DNA from: the human T2T-CHM13v2.0 reference genome, Homo sapiens
Assembly (NCBI RefSeq): GCF_009914755.1
Contig: NC_060948.1
DNA length: 64,000 nucleotides
Direction: 5' to 3' (one strand)
Positions 39,010-60,789 of this stretch are shown piece by piece. Position 1 is the first letter of the stretch; every line of letters begins with the position of its first letter. A program made the translations under genes and the position numbers. The notes beneath the pieces are model-generated. The model did not search any database, was not told where the DNA came from, and saw only the letters and a list, made by a program, of their open reading frames with translations.

Positions 39010-41114
39010 AGATCCATATTTTTTAAATGAAAAAAAATTTCAAAGGTACTCTGCTTGGTACAATAATCAAATGTATAAACTGAGGAATGAAACATAACCA
39101 TGAAACCTACTTATAACTGCATATGGAAAATACAGAGGATAATTTTTTAAATAACATATTTTGAAAGCCTTAACTAGTAATTTGAAGAGTTGGCATTTGA
39201 AAGGCCAGTATGAATATACCTTCAAAGCAGCAACACAGGTTCCCCATGAGAAAAAGCAAACACAGGGAAAATAAAAACACAAAGGTTCAATCTCTTCTGA
39301 CCTTTGAAAGACACAGCACAGACAGTGGTCCTTAGGACGAAGAGCAGGAGACCCCTAATTGCGTCACCATGGCGATAGGGCATAAACATTGCTGGGTGAG
39401 GGCACAATCCACATTGTGAGGTCCAACTGCTGCCAGGAAGACAGGAGTGCTTTTACATAGACCGAAAGGTCATTGAAGGCTCAGAGTTTTGTTTCAAGAA
39501 CTCAATCCCAAGCCCACACGTTATTAGGCTGCGCTTCTTAAAACAAGTTATGAGATTGGAAAAAGGGCACCCACAAACATACGTATACATTATGTATATA
39601 ATAATATACAGTATCATATATATAATATATATAACCTATGTATAATATTGTTTTACATCCTGCATCTTATGTTATATATATTGTATAAAATATAATAATT
39701 GATAATATATAAGTTTTATATTTATACAATATGACATATAGTATATATTATAATTTATGACATATATAATATATGTTATATGTCATATATAGAATATATT
39801 ATACGGTTAATATACGTATTAAATATAAATTATACATTATATATATTATATATAATATATCTGTTATATATAATACACATTATGCATAATATATATATTA
39901 TGTCTATGTTATATATAGTATAAAACAACATATAATAATATATAATTGTATATATAAAATGCGACATATAATATATATTATATTTTATAACATATGTAAT
40001 ATATATTATATATTATATATAATACGTTGTATGTATAATACCTATATTAAATATATATTATATGACTATGTTATTAATTACATGTCACATGTCTTATATG
40101 TTATATATTTTACATAGAATATACCGCTTACATACAATATATACTATGTTACCTATAATGTATAATTTATTACATGTAAAATAAAGAATGCAATATATTA
40201 TGTATAATTTATAATATACCATATGTGGAATGTGATATATATAACATATAATATATGATATATGATATACAGTGTATGATATATAACATACAATATATGA
40301 TTCCTAATATATATGGTATACAATATATATTTTATGATATGTATTCTATATGTTTTATATTCTGTTATATATAACTATTTGAAATTATATATAACTGTAT
40401 AATATTTTATGTAAATATGTAATATAATATATATAACTATATAATATATTTTATATAACTATATATTATGTTATATATACTTTTCTAACATAATTTACAT
40501 AAAATATCATAACATAATATATATTATATTATTTCATATTACATAATATATATTACATATCACCCAATATAACTAACATACATAATATTATAATATAGAT
40601 TATATCGTGTTATATTAAATATCATATACATCATGTATCATATATTCTATAATATATATTACACATTATATAATATGTATGTTGTCTATTATGTGATATA
40701 TATAACTATATATATAATTATATTTTTATACATATAACTAGATAAACATGTAATTCTACATATTTTCATTTATAATATGTAGAATTATATAATCATATAT
40801 AATTATTTATATTCTATAAAAAATTTTATCATTATATAAATTATAATATATAAAAATTATAATATGTACTACAAATATATATATTATATATCATATATGA
40901 TATAGTACCTTTGTTATATATCATAATACATATAAATGTGTATTATGTTATCTATAATTATATAATTTCATATATAAGATGTATAATATGTATCATATAT
41001 TATATATGTTATGTACTATATATAGTATATATAAGATGACACAGGATAAATATTATATACTATGACATATAAAATATATGAGGTTATATGTTACATATAA
41101 GGCATAGCACATAA

Positions 41115-41429
<315 letters not shown>

Positions 41430-43534
41430 AGATCCATATTTTTTAAATGAAAAAAAATTTCAAAGGTACTCTGCTTGGTACAATAATCAAATGTATAAAC
41501 TGAGGAATAAAACATAACCATGAAACCTACTTATAACTGCATATGGAAAATACAGAGGATAATTTTTTAAATAACATATTTTGAAAGCCTTAACTAGTAA
41601 TTTGAAGAGCTGGCATTTGAAAGGCCAGTATGAATATACCTTCAAAGCAGCAACACAGGTTCCCCATGAGAAAAAGCAAACACAGGGAAAATAAAAACAC
41701 AAAGGTTCAATCTCTTCTGACCTTTGAAAGACACAGCACAGACAGTGGTCCTTAGGACGAAGAGCAGGAGACCCCTAATTCCGTCACCATGGCGATAGGG
41801 CATAAACATTGCTGGGTGAGGTCACAATCCACATTGTGAGGTCCAACTGCTGCCAGGAAGACAGGAGTGCTTTTACATAGACCGAAAGGTCATTGAAGGC
41901 TCAGAGTTTTGTTTCAAGAACTGAATCCCAAGCCCACACGTTATTAGGCTGCGCTTCTTAAAACAAGTTATGAGATGGGAAAAAGGGCACCCACAAACAT
42001 ACGTATACATTATGTATATAATAATATACAGTGTCATATATATAATATATATAACCTATATATAATATTGTTTTACATCCTGCATCTTATGTTATATATA
42101 TTGTATAAAATATAATAATTGATAATATATAAGTTTTATAATTATACAATATGACATATAGTATATATTATAATTTATGACATATATAATATATGTTATA
42201 TGTCATATATAGAATATATTATACGGTTAATATACGTATTAAATATAAATTATACATTATATATATTATATATAATATATCTGTTATATATAATACCCAT
42301 TATGCATAATATATATATTATGTCTATGTTATATATAGTATAAAACAACATATAATAATATATAATTGTATATATAAAATGCGACATAGAATATATATTA
42401 TATTTTATAACATATGTAATATATATTTTATATTATATATAATACGTTGTATGTATAATACCTATATTAAATATATATTATATGACTATGTTATTAATTA
42501 CATGTCACATGTGTTATATATTATATATTTTACATAGAATATACCGGTTGCATACAATATATACTATGTTACCTATAATGTATAATTTATTACATGTAAA
42601 ATAAAGAATGCAATATATTATGTATAATTTATAATATACCATATGTGGAATGTGATATATATAACATATAATATATGATATATGATATACAGTATATGAT
42701 ATATAACATACGATATATGATTCCTAATATATATGGTATACAATATATATTTTATGATATGTATTCTATGTGTTTTATATTCTGTTATATATAACTATTT
42801 GAAATTATATATAACTGTATAATATTTTATGTAAATATGTAATATAATATATATAACTATATAATGTATTATATATAACTATATATTATGTTATATATAC
42901 TTTTATAACATAATTTACATAAAATATCATAATATAATATATATTATATTATTTCATATTACATAATATATATTACATATCACCCAATATAACTAACATA
43001 CATAATATTATAATATAGATTATATTGTGTTATATTAAATATCATATATATCATGTATCATATATTCTATAATATATATTACACATTGTATAATATGTAT
43101 GTTGTCTATTATGTGATATATATAACTATATATATAATTATATTTTTATACATATAACTAGATAAACATGTAATTCTACATATTTTCATTTATAATATGT
43201 AGAATTATATAATCATATATAATTATTTATATTCTATAAAAAATTTTATCATTATATAAATTATAATATATAAAAATTATAATATGTACTACAAATATAT
43301 ATATTATATATCATATATGATATAGTACCTTTGTTATATATCATAATACATATAAATGTGTATTATGTTATCTATAATTATATAATTTCATATATAAGAT
43401 GTATAATATGTATCATATATTATATATGTTATGTACTATATATAGTATATATAAGATGACACAGGATAAATATTATATACTATGACATATAAAATATATG
43501 AGGTTATATGTTACATATAAGGCATAGCACATAA

Positions 43535-43849
<315 letters not shown>

Positions 43850-45956
43850 AGATCCATATTTTTTAAATGAAAAAAAATTTCAAAGGTACTCTGCTTGGTA
43901 CAATAATCAAATGTATAAACTGAGGAATAAAACATAACCATGAAACCTACTTATAACTGCATATGGAAAATACAGAGGATAATTTTTTAAATAACATATT
44001 TTGAAAGCCTTAACTAGTAATTTGAAGAGCTGGCATTTGAAAGGCCAGTATGAATATACCTTCAAAGCAGCAACACAGGTTCCCCATGAGAAAAAGCAAA
44101 CACAGGGAAAATAAAAACACAAAGGTTCAATCTCTTCTGACCTTTGAAAGACACAGCACAGACAGTGGTCCTTAGGACGAAGAGCAGGAGACCCCTAATT
44201 CCGTCACCATGGCGATAGGGCATAAACATTGCTGGGTGAGGGCACAATCCACATTGTGAGGTCCAACTGCTGCCAGGAAGACAGGAGTGCTTTTACATAG
44301 ACCCAAAGGTCATTGAAGGCTCAGAGTTTTGTTTCAAGAACTCAATCCCAAGCCCACACGTTATTAGGCTGCGCTTCTTAAAACAAGTTATGAGATGGGA
44401 AAAAGGGCACCCACAAACATACGTATACATTATGTATATAATAATATACAGTATCATATATATAATATATATAACCTATGTATAATATTGTTTTACATCC
44501 TGCATCTTATGTTATATATATTGTATAAAATATAATAATTGATAATATATAAGTTTTATAATTATACAATATGACATATAGTATATATTATAATTTATGA
44601 CATATATAATATATGTTATATGTCATATATAGAATATATTATACGGTTAATATACGTATTAAATATAAATTATACATTATATATATTATATATAATATAT
44701 CTGTTATATATAATACCCATTATGCATAATATATATATTATGTCTATATTATATATAGTATAAAACAACATATAATAATATATAATTGTATATATAAAAT
44801 GCGACATATAATATATATTATATTTTATAACATATGTAATATATATTATATATTATATATAATACGTTGTATGTATAATACCTATATTAAATATATATTA
44901 TATGACTATGTTATTAATTACATGTCACATGTGTTATATATTATATATTTTACATAGAATATACCGGTTACATACAATATATACTATGTTACCTATAATG
45001 TATAATTTATTACATGTAAAATAAAGAATGCAATATATTATGTATAATTTATAATATACCATATGTGGAATGTGATATATATAACATATAATATATGATA
45101 TATGATATACAGTATATGATATATAACATAAAATATATGATTCCTAATATATATGGTATACAATATATATTTTATGATATGTATTCTATATGTTTTATAT
45201 TCTGTTATATATAACTATTTGAAATTATATATAACTGTATAATATTTTATGTAAATATGTAATATAATATATATAACTATATAATATATTATATATAACT
45301 ATATATTATGTTATATATACTATTATAAAATAATTTACATAAAATATCATAATATAATATATATTATATTATTTCATATTACATAATATATATTACATAT
45401 CACCCAATATAACTAACATACATAATATTATAATATAGATTATATTATGTTATATTAAATATCATATATATCATGTATCATATATTCTATAATATATATT
45501 ACACATTATATAATATGTATGTTGTCTATTATGTGATATATATAACTATATTTATAATTATATTTTTATACATATAACTAGATAAACATGTAATTCTACA
45601 TATTTTCATTTATAATATGTAGAATTATATAATCATATATAATTATTTATATTCTATAAAAAATTTTATCATTATATAAATTATAATATATAAAAATTAT
45701 AATATGTACTACAAATATATATATATTATATATCATATATGATATAGTACCTTTGTTATATATCATAATACATATAAATGTGTATTATGTTATCTATAAT
45801 TATATAATTTCATATATAAGATGTATAATATGTATCATATATTATATATGTTATGTAATATATATAGTATATATAAGATGACACAGGATAAATATTATAT
45901 ACTATGACATATAAAATATATGAGGTTATATGTTACATATAAGGCATAGCACATAA

Positions 45957-46271
<315 letters not shown>

Positions 46272-48376
46272 AGATCCATATTTTTTAAATGAAAAAAAAT
46301 TTCAAAGGTACTCTGCTTGGTACAATAATCAAATGTATAAACTGAGGAATAAAACATAACCATGAAACCTACTTATAACTGCATATGGAAAATACAGAGG
46401 ATAATTTTTTAAATAACATATTTTGAAAGCCTTAACTAGTAATTTGAAGAGTTGGCATTTGAAAGGCCAGTATGAATATACCTTCAAAGCAGCAACACAG
46501 GTTCCCCATGAGAAAAAGCAAACACAGGGAAAATAAAAACACAAAGGTTCAATCTCTTCTGACCTTTGAAAGACACAGCACAGACAGTGGTCCTTAGGAC
46601 GAAGAGCAGGAGACCCCTAATTCCGTCACCATGGCGATAGGGCATAAACATTGCTGGGTGAGGGCACAATCCACATTGTGAGGTCCAACTGCTGCCAGGA
46701 AGACAGGAGTGCTTTTACATAGACCGAAAGGTCATTGAAGGCTCAGAGTTTTGTTTCAAGAACTGAATCCCAAGCCCACACGTTATTAGGCTGCGCTTCT
46801 TAAAACAAGTTATGAGATGGGAAAAAGGGCACCCATAAACATACGTATACATTATGTATATAATAATATACAGAATCATATATATAATATATATAACCTA
46901 TGTATAATATTGTTTTACATCCTGCATCTTATGTTATATATATTGTATAAAATATAATAATTGATAATATATAAGTTTTATAATGATACAATATGACATA
47001 TAGTATATATTATAATTTATGACATATATAATATATGTTATATATCATATATAGAATATATTATACGGTTAATATACGTATTAAATATAAATTATACATT
47101 ATATATACTATATATAATATATCTGTTATATATAATACCCATTATGCATAATATATATATTATGTCTATGTTATATATAGTATAAAACAATATATAATAA
47201 TATATAATTGTATATATAAAATGCGACATATAATATATATTATATTTTATAACATATGTAATATATATTATATATTATATATAATACGTTGTATGTATAA
47301 TACCTATATTAAATATATATTATATGACTATGTTATTAATTACATGTCACATGTGTTATATATTATATATTTTACATAGAATATACCGGTTACATACAAT
47401 ATATACTATGTTACCTATAATGTATAATTTATTACATGTAAAATAAAGAATGCAGTATATTATGTAAAATTTATAATATACAATATGTGGAATGTGATAT
47501 ATATAACATACAATATATGATATATGATATACAGTATATGATATATAACATACAATATATGATTCCTAATATATATGGTATAAAATATATATTTTATGAT
47601 ATGTATTCTATATGTTTTATATTCTGTTATATATAACTATTTGAAATTATATATAACTGTATAATATTTTATGTAGATATGTAATATAATATATATAACT
47701 ATATAATATATTATATATAACTATATATTATGTTATATATACTTTTATAACATAATTTACATAAAATATCATAATATAATATATATTATATTATTTCATA
47801 TTACATAATATATATTACATATCACCCAATATAACTAACATACATAATATTATAATATAGATTATATTATGTTATATTAAATATCATATATATCATGTAT
47901 CATATATTCTATAATATATATTACACATTATATAATATGTATGTTGTCTATTATGTGATATATATAACTATATATATAATTATATTTTTATACATATAAC
48001 TAGATAAACATGTAATTCTACATATTTTCATTTATAATATGTAGAATTATATAATCATATATAATTATTTATATTCTATAAAAAATTTTATCATTATATA
48101 AATTATAATATATAAAAATTATAATATGTACTACAAATATATATATTACATATCATATATGATATAGTACGTTTGTTATATATCATAATACATATAAATG
48201 TGTATTATGTTATCTATAATTATATAATTTCATATATAAGATGTATAATATGTATCATATATTATATATGTTATGTACTATATATAGTATATATAAGATG
48301 ACACAGGATAAATATTATATACTATGACATATAAAATATATGAGGTTATATGTTACATATAAGGCATAGCACATAA

Positions 48377-48691
<315 letters not shown>

Positions 48692-50796
48692 AGATCCATA
48701 TTTTTTAAATGAAAAAAAATTTCAAAGGTACTCTGCTTGGTACAATAATCAAATGTATAAACTGAGGAATAAAACATAACCATGAAACCTACTTATAATT
48801 GCATATGGAAAATACAGAGGATAATTTTTTAAATAACATATTTTGAAAGCCTTAACTAGTAATTTGAGGAGTTGGCATTTGAAAGGCCAGTATGAATATA
48901 CCTTCAAAGCAGCAACACAAGTTCCCCATGAGAAAAAGCAAACACAGGGAAAATAAAAACACAAAGGTTCAATCTCTTCTGACCTTTGAAAGACACAGCA
49001 CAGACAGTGGTCCTTAGGACGAAGAGCAGGAGACCCCTAATTCCGTCACCATGTCGATAGGGCATAAACATTGCTGGGTGAGGGCACAATCCACATTGTG
49101 AGGTCCAACTGCTGCCAGGAAGACAGGAGTGCTTTTACATAGAACGAAAGGTCATTGAAGGCTCAGAGTTTTGTTTCAAGAACTGAATCCCAAGCCCACT
49201 CGTTATTAGGCTGCGCTTCTTAAAACAAGTTATGAGATTGGAAAAAGGGCACCCACAAACATACGTATACATTATGTATATAATAATATACAGTATCATA
49301 TATATAATATATATAACCTATGTATAATATTGTTTTACATCCTGCATCTTATGTTATATATATTGTATAAAATATAATAATTGATAATATATAAGTTTTA
49401 TAATTATACAATATGACATATAGTATATATTATAATTTATGACATATATAATATATGTTATATATCATATATAGAATATATTATACGGTTAATATACGTA
49501 TTAAATATAAATTATACATTATATATATTATATATAATATATCTGTTATATATAATACCCATTATGCATAATATATATATTATGTCTATGTTATATATAG
49601 TATAAAACAATATATAATAATATATAATTGTATATATAAAATGCGACATATAATATATATTATATTTTATAACATATGTAATATATATTATATATTATAT
49701 ATAATACGTTGTATGTATAATACCTATATTAAATATATATTATATGACTATGTTATTAATTACATGTCACATGTGTTATATATTATATATTTTACATAGA
49801 ATATACCGGTTACATACAATATATACTATGTTACCTATAATGTATAATTTATTACATGTAAAATAAAGAATGCAATATATTATGTAAAATTTATAATATA
49901 CAATATGTGGAATGTGATATATATAACATATAATATATGATATATGATATACAGTATATGATATATAACATACAATATATGATTCCTAATATATATGGTA
50001 TACAATATATATTTTATGATATGTATTCTATATGTTTTATATTCTGTTATATATAACTATTTGAAATTATATATAACTGTATAATATTTTATGTAGATAT
50101 GTAATATAATATATATAACTATATAATATATTATATATAACTATATATTATGTTATATATACTTTTATAACATAATTTACATAAAATATCATAATATAAT
50201 ATATATTATATTATTTCATATTACATAATATATATTACATATCACCCAATATAACTAACATACATAATATTATAATATAGATTATATTATGTTATATTAA
50301 ATATCATATATATCATGTATCATATATTCTATAATATATATTACACATTATATAATATGTATGTTGTCTATTATGTGATATATATAACTATATATATAAT
50401 TATATTTTTATACATATAACTAGATAAACATGTAATTCTACATATTTTCATTTATAATATGTAGAATTATATAATCATATATAATTATTTATATTCTATA
50501 AAAAATTTTATCATTATATAAATTATAATATATAAAAATTATAATATGTACTACAAATATATATATTACATATCATATATGATATAGTACGTTTGTTATA
50601 TATCATAATACATATAAATGTGTATTATGTTATCTATAATTATATAATTTCATATATAAGATGTATAATATGTATCATATATTATATATGTTATGTACTA
50701 TATATAGTATATATAAGATGACACAGGATAAATATTATATACTATGACATATAAAATATATGAGGTTATATGTTACATATAAGGCATAGCACATAA

Positions 50797-51111
<315 letters not shown>

Positions 51112-53216
51112 AGATCCATATTTTTTAAATGAAAAAAAATTTCAAAGGTACTCTGCTTGGTACAATAATCAAATGTATAAACTGAGGAATAAAACATAAC
51201 CATGAAACCTACTTATAATTGCATATGGAAAATACAGAGGATAATTTTTTAAATAACATATTTTGAAAGCCTTAACTAGTAATTTGAGGAGTTGGCATTT
51301 GAAAGGCCAGTATGAATATACCTTCAAAGCAGCAACACAAGTTCCCCATGAGAAAAAGCAAACACAGGGAAAATAAAAACACAAAGGTTCAATCTCTTCT
51401 GACCTTTGAAAGACACAGCACAGACAGTGGTCCTTAGGACGAAGAGCAGGAGACCCCTAATTCCGTCACCATGTCGATAGGGCATAAACATTGCTGGGTG
51501 AGGGCACAATCCACATTGTGAGGTCCAACTGCTGCCAGGAAGACAGGAGTGCTTTTACATAGAACGAAAGGTCATTGAAGGCTCAGAGTTTTGTTTCAAG
51601 AACTGAATCCCAAGCCCACTCGTTATTAGGCTGCGCTTCTTAAAACAAGTTATGAGATTGGAAAAAGGGCACCCACAAACATACGTATACATTATGTATA
51701 TAATAATATACAGTATCATATATATAATATATATAACCTATGTATAATATTGTTTTACATCCTGCATCTTATGTTATATATATTGTATAAAATATAATAA
51801 TTGATAATATATAAGTTTTATAATTATACAATATGACATATAGTATATATTATAATTTATGACATATATAATATATGTTATATATCATATATAGAATATA
51901 TTATACGGTTAATATACGTATTAAATATAAATTATACATTATATATATTATATATAATATATCTGTTATATATAATACCCATTATGCATAATATATATAT
52001 TATGTCTATGTTATATATAGTATAAAACAATATATAATAATATATAATTGTATATATAAAATGCGACATATAATATATATTATATTTTATAACATATGTA
52101 ATATATATTATATATTATATATAATACGTTGTATGTATAATACCTATATTAAATATATATTATATGACTATGTTATTAATTACATGTCACATGTGTTATA
52201 TATTATATATTTTACATAGAATATACCGGTTACATACAATATATACTATGTTACCTATAATGTATAATTTATTACATGTAAAATAAAGAATGCAATATAT
52301 TATGTAAAATTTATAATATACAATATGTGGAATGTGATATATATAACATATAATATATGATATATGATATACAGTATATGATATATAACATACAATATAT
52401 GATTCCTAATATATATGGTATACAATATATATTTTATGATATGTATTCTATATGTTTTATATTCTGTTATATATAACTATTTGAAATTATATATAACTGT
52501 ATAATATTTTATGTAGATATGTAATATAATATATATAACTATATAATATATTATATATAACTATATATTATGTTATATATACTTTTATAACATAATTTAC
52601 ATAAAATATCATAATATAATATATATTATATTATTTCATATTACATAATATATATTACATATCACCCAATATAACTAACATACATAATATTATAATATAG
52701 ATTATATTATGTTATATTAAATATCATATATATCATGTATCATATATTCTATAATATATATTACACATTATATAATATGTATGTTGTCTATTATGTGATA
52801 TATATAACTATATATATAATTATATTTTTATACATATAACTAGATAAACATGTAATTCTACATATTTTCATTTATAATATGTAGAATTATATAATCATAT
52901 ATAATTATTTATATTCTATAAATAATTTTATCATTATATAAATTATAATATATAAAAATTATAATATGTACTACAAATATATATATTATATATCATATAT
53001 GATATAGTACGTTTGTTATATATCATAATACATATAAATGTGTATTATGTTATCTATAATTATATAATTTCATATATAAGATGTATAATATGTATCATAT
53101 ATTATATATGTTATGTACTATATATAGTATATATAAGATGACACAGGATAAATATTATATACTATGACATATAAAATATATGAGGTTATATGTTACATAT
53201 AAGGCATAGCACATAA

Positions 53217-53531
<315 letters not shown>

Positions 53532-55636
53532 AGATCCATATTTTTTAAATGAAAAAAAATTTCAAAGGTACTCTGCTTGGTACAATAATCAAATGTATAA
53601 ACTGAGGAATAAAACATAACCATGAAACCTACTTATAATTGCATATGGAAAATACAGAGGATAATTTTTTAAATAACATATTTTGAAAGCCTTAACTAGT
53701 AATTTGAGGAGTTGGCATTTGAAAGGCCAGTATGAATATACCTTCAAAGCAGCAACACAAGTTCCCCATGAGAAAAAGCAAACACAGGGAAAATAAAAAC
53801 ACAAAGGTTCAATCTCTTCTGACCTTTGAAAGACACAGCACAGACAGTGGTCCTTAGGACGAAGAGCAGGAGACCCCTAATTCCGTCACCATGTCGATAG
53901 GGCATAAACATTGCTGGGTGAGGGCACAATCCACATTGTGAGGTCCAACTGCTGCCAGGAAGACAGGAGTGCTTTTACATAGAACGAAAGGTCATTGAAG
54001 GCTCAGAGTTTTGTTTCAAGAACTGAATCCCAAGCCCACTCGTTATTAGGCTGCGCTTCTTAAAACAAGTTATGAGATTGGAAAAAGGGCACCCACAAAC
54101 ATACGTATACATTATGTATATAATAATATACAGTATCATATATATAATATATATAACCTATGTATAATATTGTTTTACATCCTGCATCTTATGTTATATA
54201 TATTGTATAAAATATAATAATTGATAATATATAAGTTTTATAATTATACAATATGACATATAGTATATATTATAATTTATGACATATATAATATATGTTA
54301 TATATCATATATAGAATATATTATACGGTTAATATACGTATTAAATATAAATTATACATTATATATATTATATATAATATATCTGTTATATATAATACCC
54401 ATTATGCATAATATATATATTATGTCTATGTTATATATAGTATAAAACAATATATAATAATATATAATTGTATATATAAAATGCGACATATAATATATAT
54501 TATATTTTATAACATATGTAATATATATTATATATTATATATAATACGTTGTATGTATAATACCTATATTAAATATATATTATATGACTATGTTATTAAT
54601 TACATGTCACATGTGTTATATATTATATATTTTACATAGAATATACCGGTTACATACAATATATACTATGTTACCTATAATGTATAATTTATTACATGTA
54701 AAATAAAGAATGCAATATATTATGTAAAATTTATAATATACAATATGTGGAATGTGATATATATAACATATAATATATGATATATGATATACAGTATATG
54801 ATATATAACATACAATATATGATTCCTAATATATATGGTATACAATATATATTTTATGATATGTATTCTATATGTTTTATATTCTGTTATATATAACTAT
54901 TTGAAATTATATATAACTGTATAATATTTTATGTAGATATGTAATATAATATATATAACTATATAATATATTATATATAACTATATATTATGTTATATAT
55001 ACTTTTATAACATAATTTACATAAAATATCATAATATAATATATATTATATTATTTCATATTACATAATATATATTACATATCACCCAATATAACTAACA
55101 TACATAATATTATAATATAGATTATATTATGTTATATTAAATATCATATATATCATGTATCATATATTCTATAATATATATTACACATTATATAATATGT
55201 ATGTTGTCTATTATGTGATATATATAACTATATATATAATTATATTTTTATACATATAACTAGATAAACATGTAATTCTACATATTTTCATTTATAATAT
55301 GTAGAATTATATAATCATATATAATTATTTATATTCTATAAATAATTTTATCATTATATAAATTATAATATATAAAAATTATAATATGTACTACAAATAT
55401 ATATATTATATATCATATATGATATAGTACGTTTGTTATATATCATAATACATATAAATGTGTATTATGTTATCTATAATTATATAATTTCATATATAAG
55501 ATGTATAATATGTATCATATATTATATATGTTATGTACTATATATAGTATATATAAGATGACACAGGATAAATATTATATACTATGACATATAAAATATA
55601 TGAGGTTATATGTTACATATAAGGCATAGCACATAA

Positions 55637-55951
<315 letters not shown>

Positions 55952-58056
55952 AGATCCATATTTTTTAAATGAAAAAAAATTTCAAAGGTACTCTGCTTGG
56001 TACAATAATCAAATGTATAAACTGAGGAATAAAACATAACCATGAAACCTACTTATAATTGCATATGGAAAATACAGAGGATAATTTTTTAAATAACATA
56101 TTTTGAAAGCCTTAACTAGTAATTTGAGGAGTTGGCATTTGAAAGGCCAGTATGAATATACCTTCAAAGCAGCAACACAAGTTCCCCATGAGAAAAAGCA
56201 AACACAGGGAAAATAAAAACACAAAGGTTCAATCTCTTCTGACCTTTGAAAGACACAGCACAGACAGTGGTCCTTAGGACGAAGAGCAGGAGACCCCTAA
56301 TTCCGTCACCATGTCGATAGGGCATAAACATTGCTGGGTGAGGGCACAATCCACATTGTGAGGTCCAACTGCTGCCAGGAAGACAGGAGTGCTTTTACAT
56401 AGAACGAAAGGTCATTGAAGGCTCAGAGTTTTGTTTCAAGAACTGAATCCCAAGCCCACTCGTTATTAGGCTGCGCTTCTTAAAACAAGTTATGAGATTG
56501 GAAAAAGGGCACCCACAAACATACGTATACATTATGTATATAATAATATACAGTATCATATATATAATATATATAACCTATGTATAATATTGTTTTACAT
56601 CCTGCATCTTATGTTATATATATTGTATAAAATATAATAATTGATAATATATAAGTTTTATAATTATACAATATGACATATAGTATATATTATAATTTAT
56701 GACATATATAATATATGTTATATATCATATATAGAATATATTATACGGTTAATATACGTATTAAATATAAATTATACATTATATATATTATATATAATAT
56801 ATCTGTTATATATAATACCCATTATGCATAATATATATATTATGTCTATGTTATATATAGTATAAAACAATATATAATAATATATAATTGTATATATAAA
56901 ATGCGACATATAATATATATTATATTTTATAACATATGTAATATATATTATATATTATATATAATACGTTGTATGTATAATACCTATATTAAATATATAT
57001 TATATGACTATGTTATTAATTACATGTCACATGTGTTATATATTATATATTTTACATAGAATATACCGGTTACATACAATATATACTATGTTACCTATAA
57101 TGTATAATTTATTACATGTAAAATAAAGAATGCAATATATTATGTAAAATTTATAATATACAATATGTGGAATGTGATATATATAACATATAATATATGA
57201 TATATGATATACAGTATATGATATATAACATACAATATATGATTCCTAATATATATGGTATACAATATATATTTTATGATATGTATTCTATATGTTTTAT
57301 ATTCTGTTATATATAACTATTTGAAATTATATATAACTGTATAATATTTTATGTAGATATGTAATATAATATATATAACTATATAATATATTATATATAA
57401 CTATATATTATGTTATATATACTTTTATAACATAATTTACATAAAATATCATAATATAATATATATTATATTATTTCATATTACATAATATATATTACAT
57501 ATCACCCAATATAACTAACATACATAATATTATAATATAGATTATATTATGTTATATTAAATATCATATATATCATGTATCATATATTCTATAATATATA
57601 TTACACATTATATAATATGTATGTTGTCTATTATGTGATATATATAACTATATATATAATTATATTTTTATACATATAACTAGATAAACATGTAATTCTA
57701 CATATTTTCATTTATAATATGTAGAATTATATAATCATATATAATTATTTATATTCTATAAATAATTTTATCATTATATAAATTATAATATATAAAAATT
57801 ATAATATGTACTACAAATATATATATTATATATCATATATGATATAGTACCTTTGTTATATTTCATAATACATATAAATGTGTATTATGTTATCTATAAT
57901 TATATAATTTCATTTATAAGATGTATAATATGTATCATATATTATATATGTTATGTAATATATATAGTATATATAAGATGACACAGGATAAATATTATAT
58001 ACTATGACATATAAAATATATGAGGTTATATGTTACATATAAGGCATAGCACATAA

Positions 58057-58371
<315 letters not shown>

Positions 58372-60474
58372 AGATCCATATTTTTTAAATGAAAAAAAAT
58401 TTCAAAGGTACTCTGCTTGGTACAATAATCAAATGTATAAACTGAGGAATAAAACATAACCATGAAACCTACTTATAACTGCATATGGAAAATACAGAGG
58501 ATAATTTTTTAAATAACATATTTTGAAAGCCTTAACTAGTAATTTGAAGAGTTGGCATTTGAAAGGCCAGTATGAATATACCTTCAAAGCAGCAACACAG
58601 GTTCCCCATGAGAAAAAGCAAACACAGGGAAAATAAAAACACAAAGGTTCAATCTCTTCTGACCTTTGAAAGACACAGCACAGACAGTGGTCCTTAGGAC
58701 GAAGAGCAGGAGACCCCTAATTCCGTCACCATGTCGATAGGGCATAAACATTGCTGGGTGAGGGCACAATCCACATTGTGAGGTCCAACTGCTGCCAGGA
58801 AGACAGGAGTGCTTTTACATAGACCGAAAGGTCATTGAAGGCTCAGAGTTTTGTTTCAAGAACTGAATCCCAAGCCCACACGTTATTAGGCTGCGCTTCT
58901 TAAAACAAGTTATGAGATGGGAAAAAGGGCACCCACAAACATACGTATACATTATGTATATAATAATATACAGTATCATCTATATAATATATATAACCTA
59001 TGTATAATATTGTTTTACATCCTGCATCTTATGTTATATATATTGTATAAAATATAATAATTGATAATATATAAGTTTTATAATTATACAATATGACATA
59101 TAGTATATATTATAATTTATGACATATATAATATATGTTATATATCATATATAGAATATATTATACGGTTAATATACGTATTAAATATAAATTATACATT
59201 ATATATATTATATATAATATATCTGTTATATATAATACCCATTATGCATAATATATATATTATGTCTATGTTATATATAGTATAAAACAACATATAATAA
59301 TATATAATTGTATATATAAAATGCGACATAGAATATATATTATATTTTATAACATATGTAATATATATTATATATTATATATAATACGTTGTATGTATAA
59401 TACCTATATTAAATATATATTATATGACTATGTTATTAATTACATGTCACATGTGTTATATATTATATATTTTACATAGAATATACCGGTTACATACAAT
59501 ATATACTATGTTACCTATAATGTATAATTTATTACATGTAAAATAAAGAATGCAATATATTATGTATAATTTATAATATACAATATGTGGAATGTGATAT
59601 ATATAACATATAATATATGATATATGATATACAGTATATGATATATAACATACAATATATGATTCCTAATATATATGGTATACAATATATATTTTATGAT
59701 ATGTATTCTATATGTTTTATATTCTGTTATATATAACTATTTGAAATTATATATAACTGTATAATATTTTATGTAAATATGTAATATAATATATATAACT
59801 ATATAATATATTATATATAACTATATATTATGTTATATATACTTTTATAACATAATTTACATAAAATATCATAATATAATATATATTATATTATTTCATA
59901 TTACATAATATATATTACATATCAACCAATATAACTAACATACATAATATTATAATATAGATTATATTATGTTGTATTAAATATCATATATATCATGTAT
60001 CATATATTCTATAATATATATTACACATTATATAATATGTATGTTGTCTATTATGTGATATATATAACTATATATAATTATATGTTTATACATATAACTA
60101 GATAAACATGTAATTCTACATATTTTCATTTATAATATGTAGAATTATATAATCATATATAATTATTTATATTCTATAAAAAATTTTATCATTATATAAA
60201 TTATAATATATAAAAATTATAATATGTACTACAAATATATATATTATATATCATATATGATATAGTACCTTTGTTATATATCATAATACATATAAATGTG
60301 TATTATGTTATCTATAATTATATAATTTCATATATAAGATGTATAATATGTATCATATATTATATATGTTATGTAATATATATGGTATATATAAGATGAC
60401 ACAGGATAAATATTATATACTATGACATATAAAATATATGAGGTTATATGTTACATATAAGGCATAGCACATAA

Positions 60475-60789
<315 letters not shown>
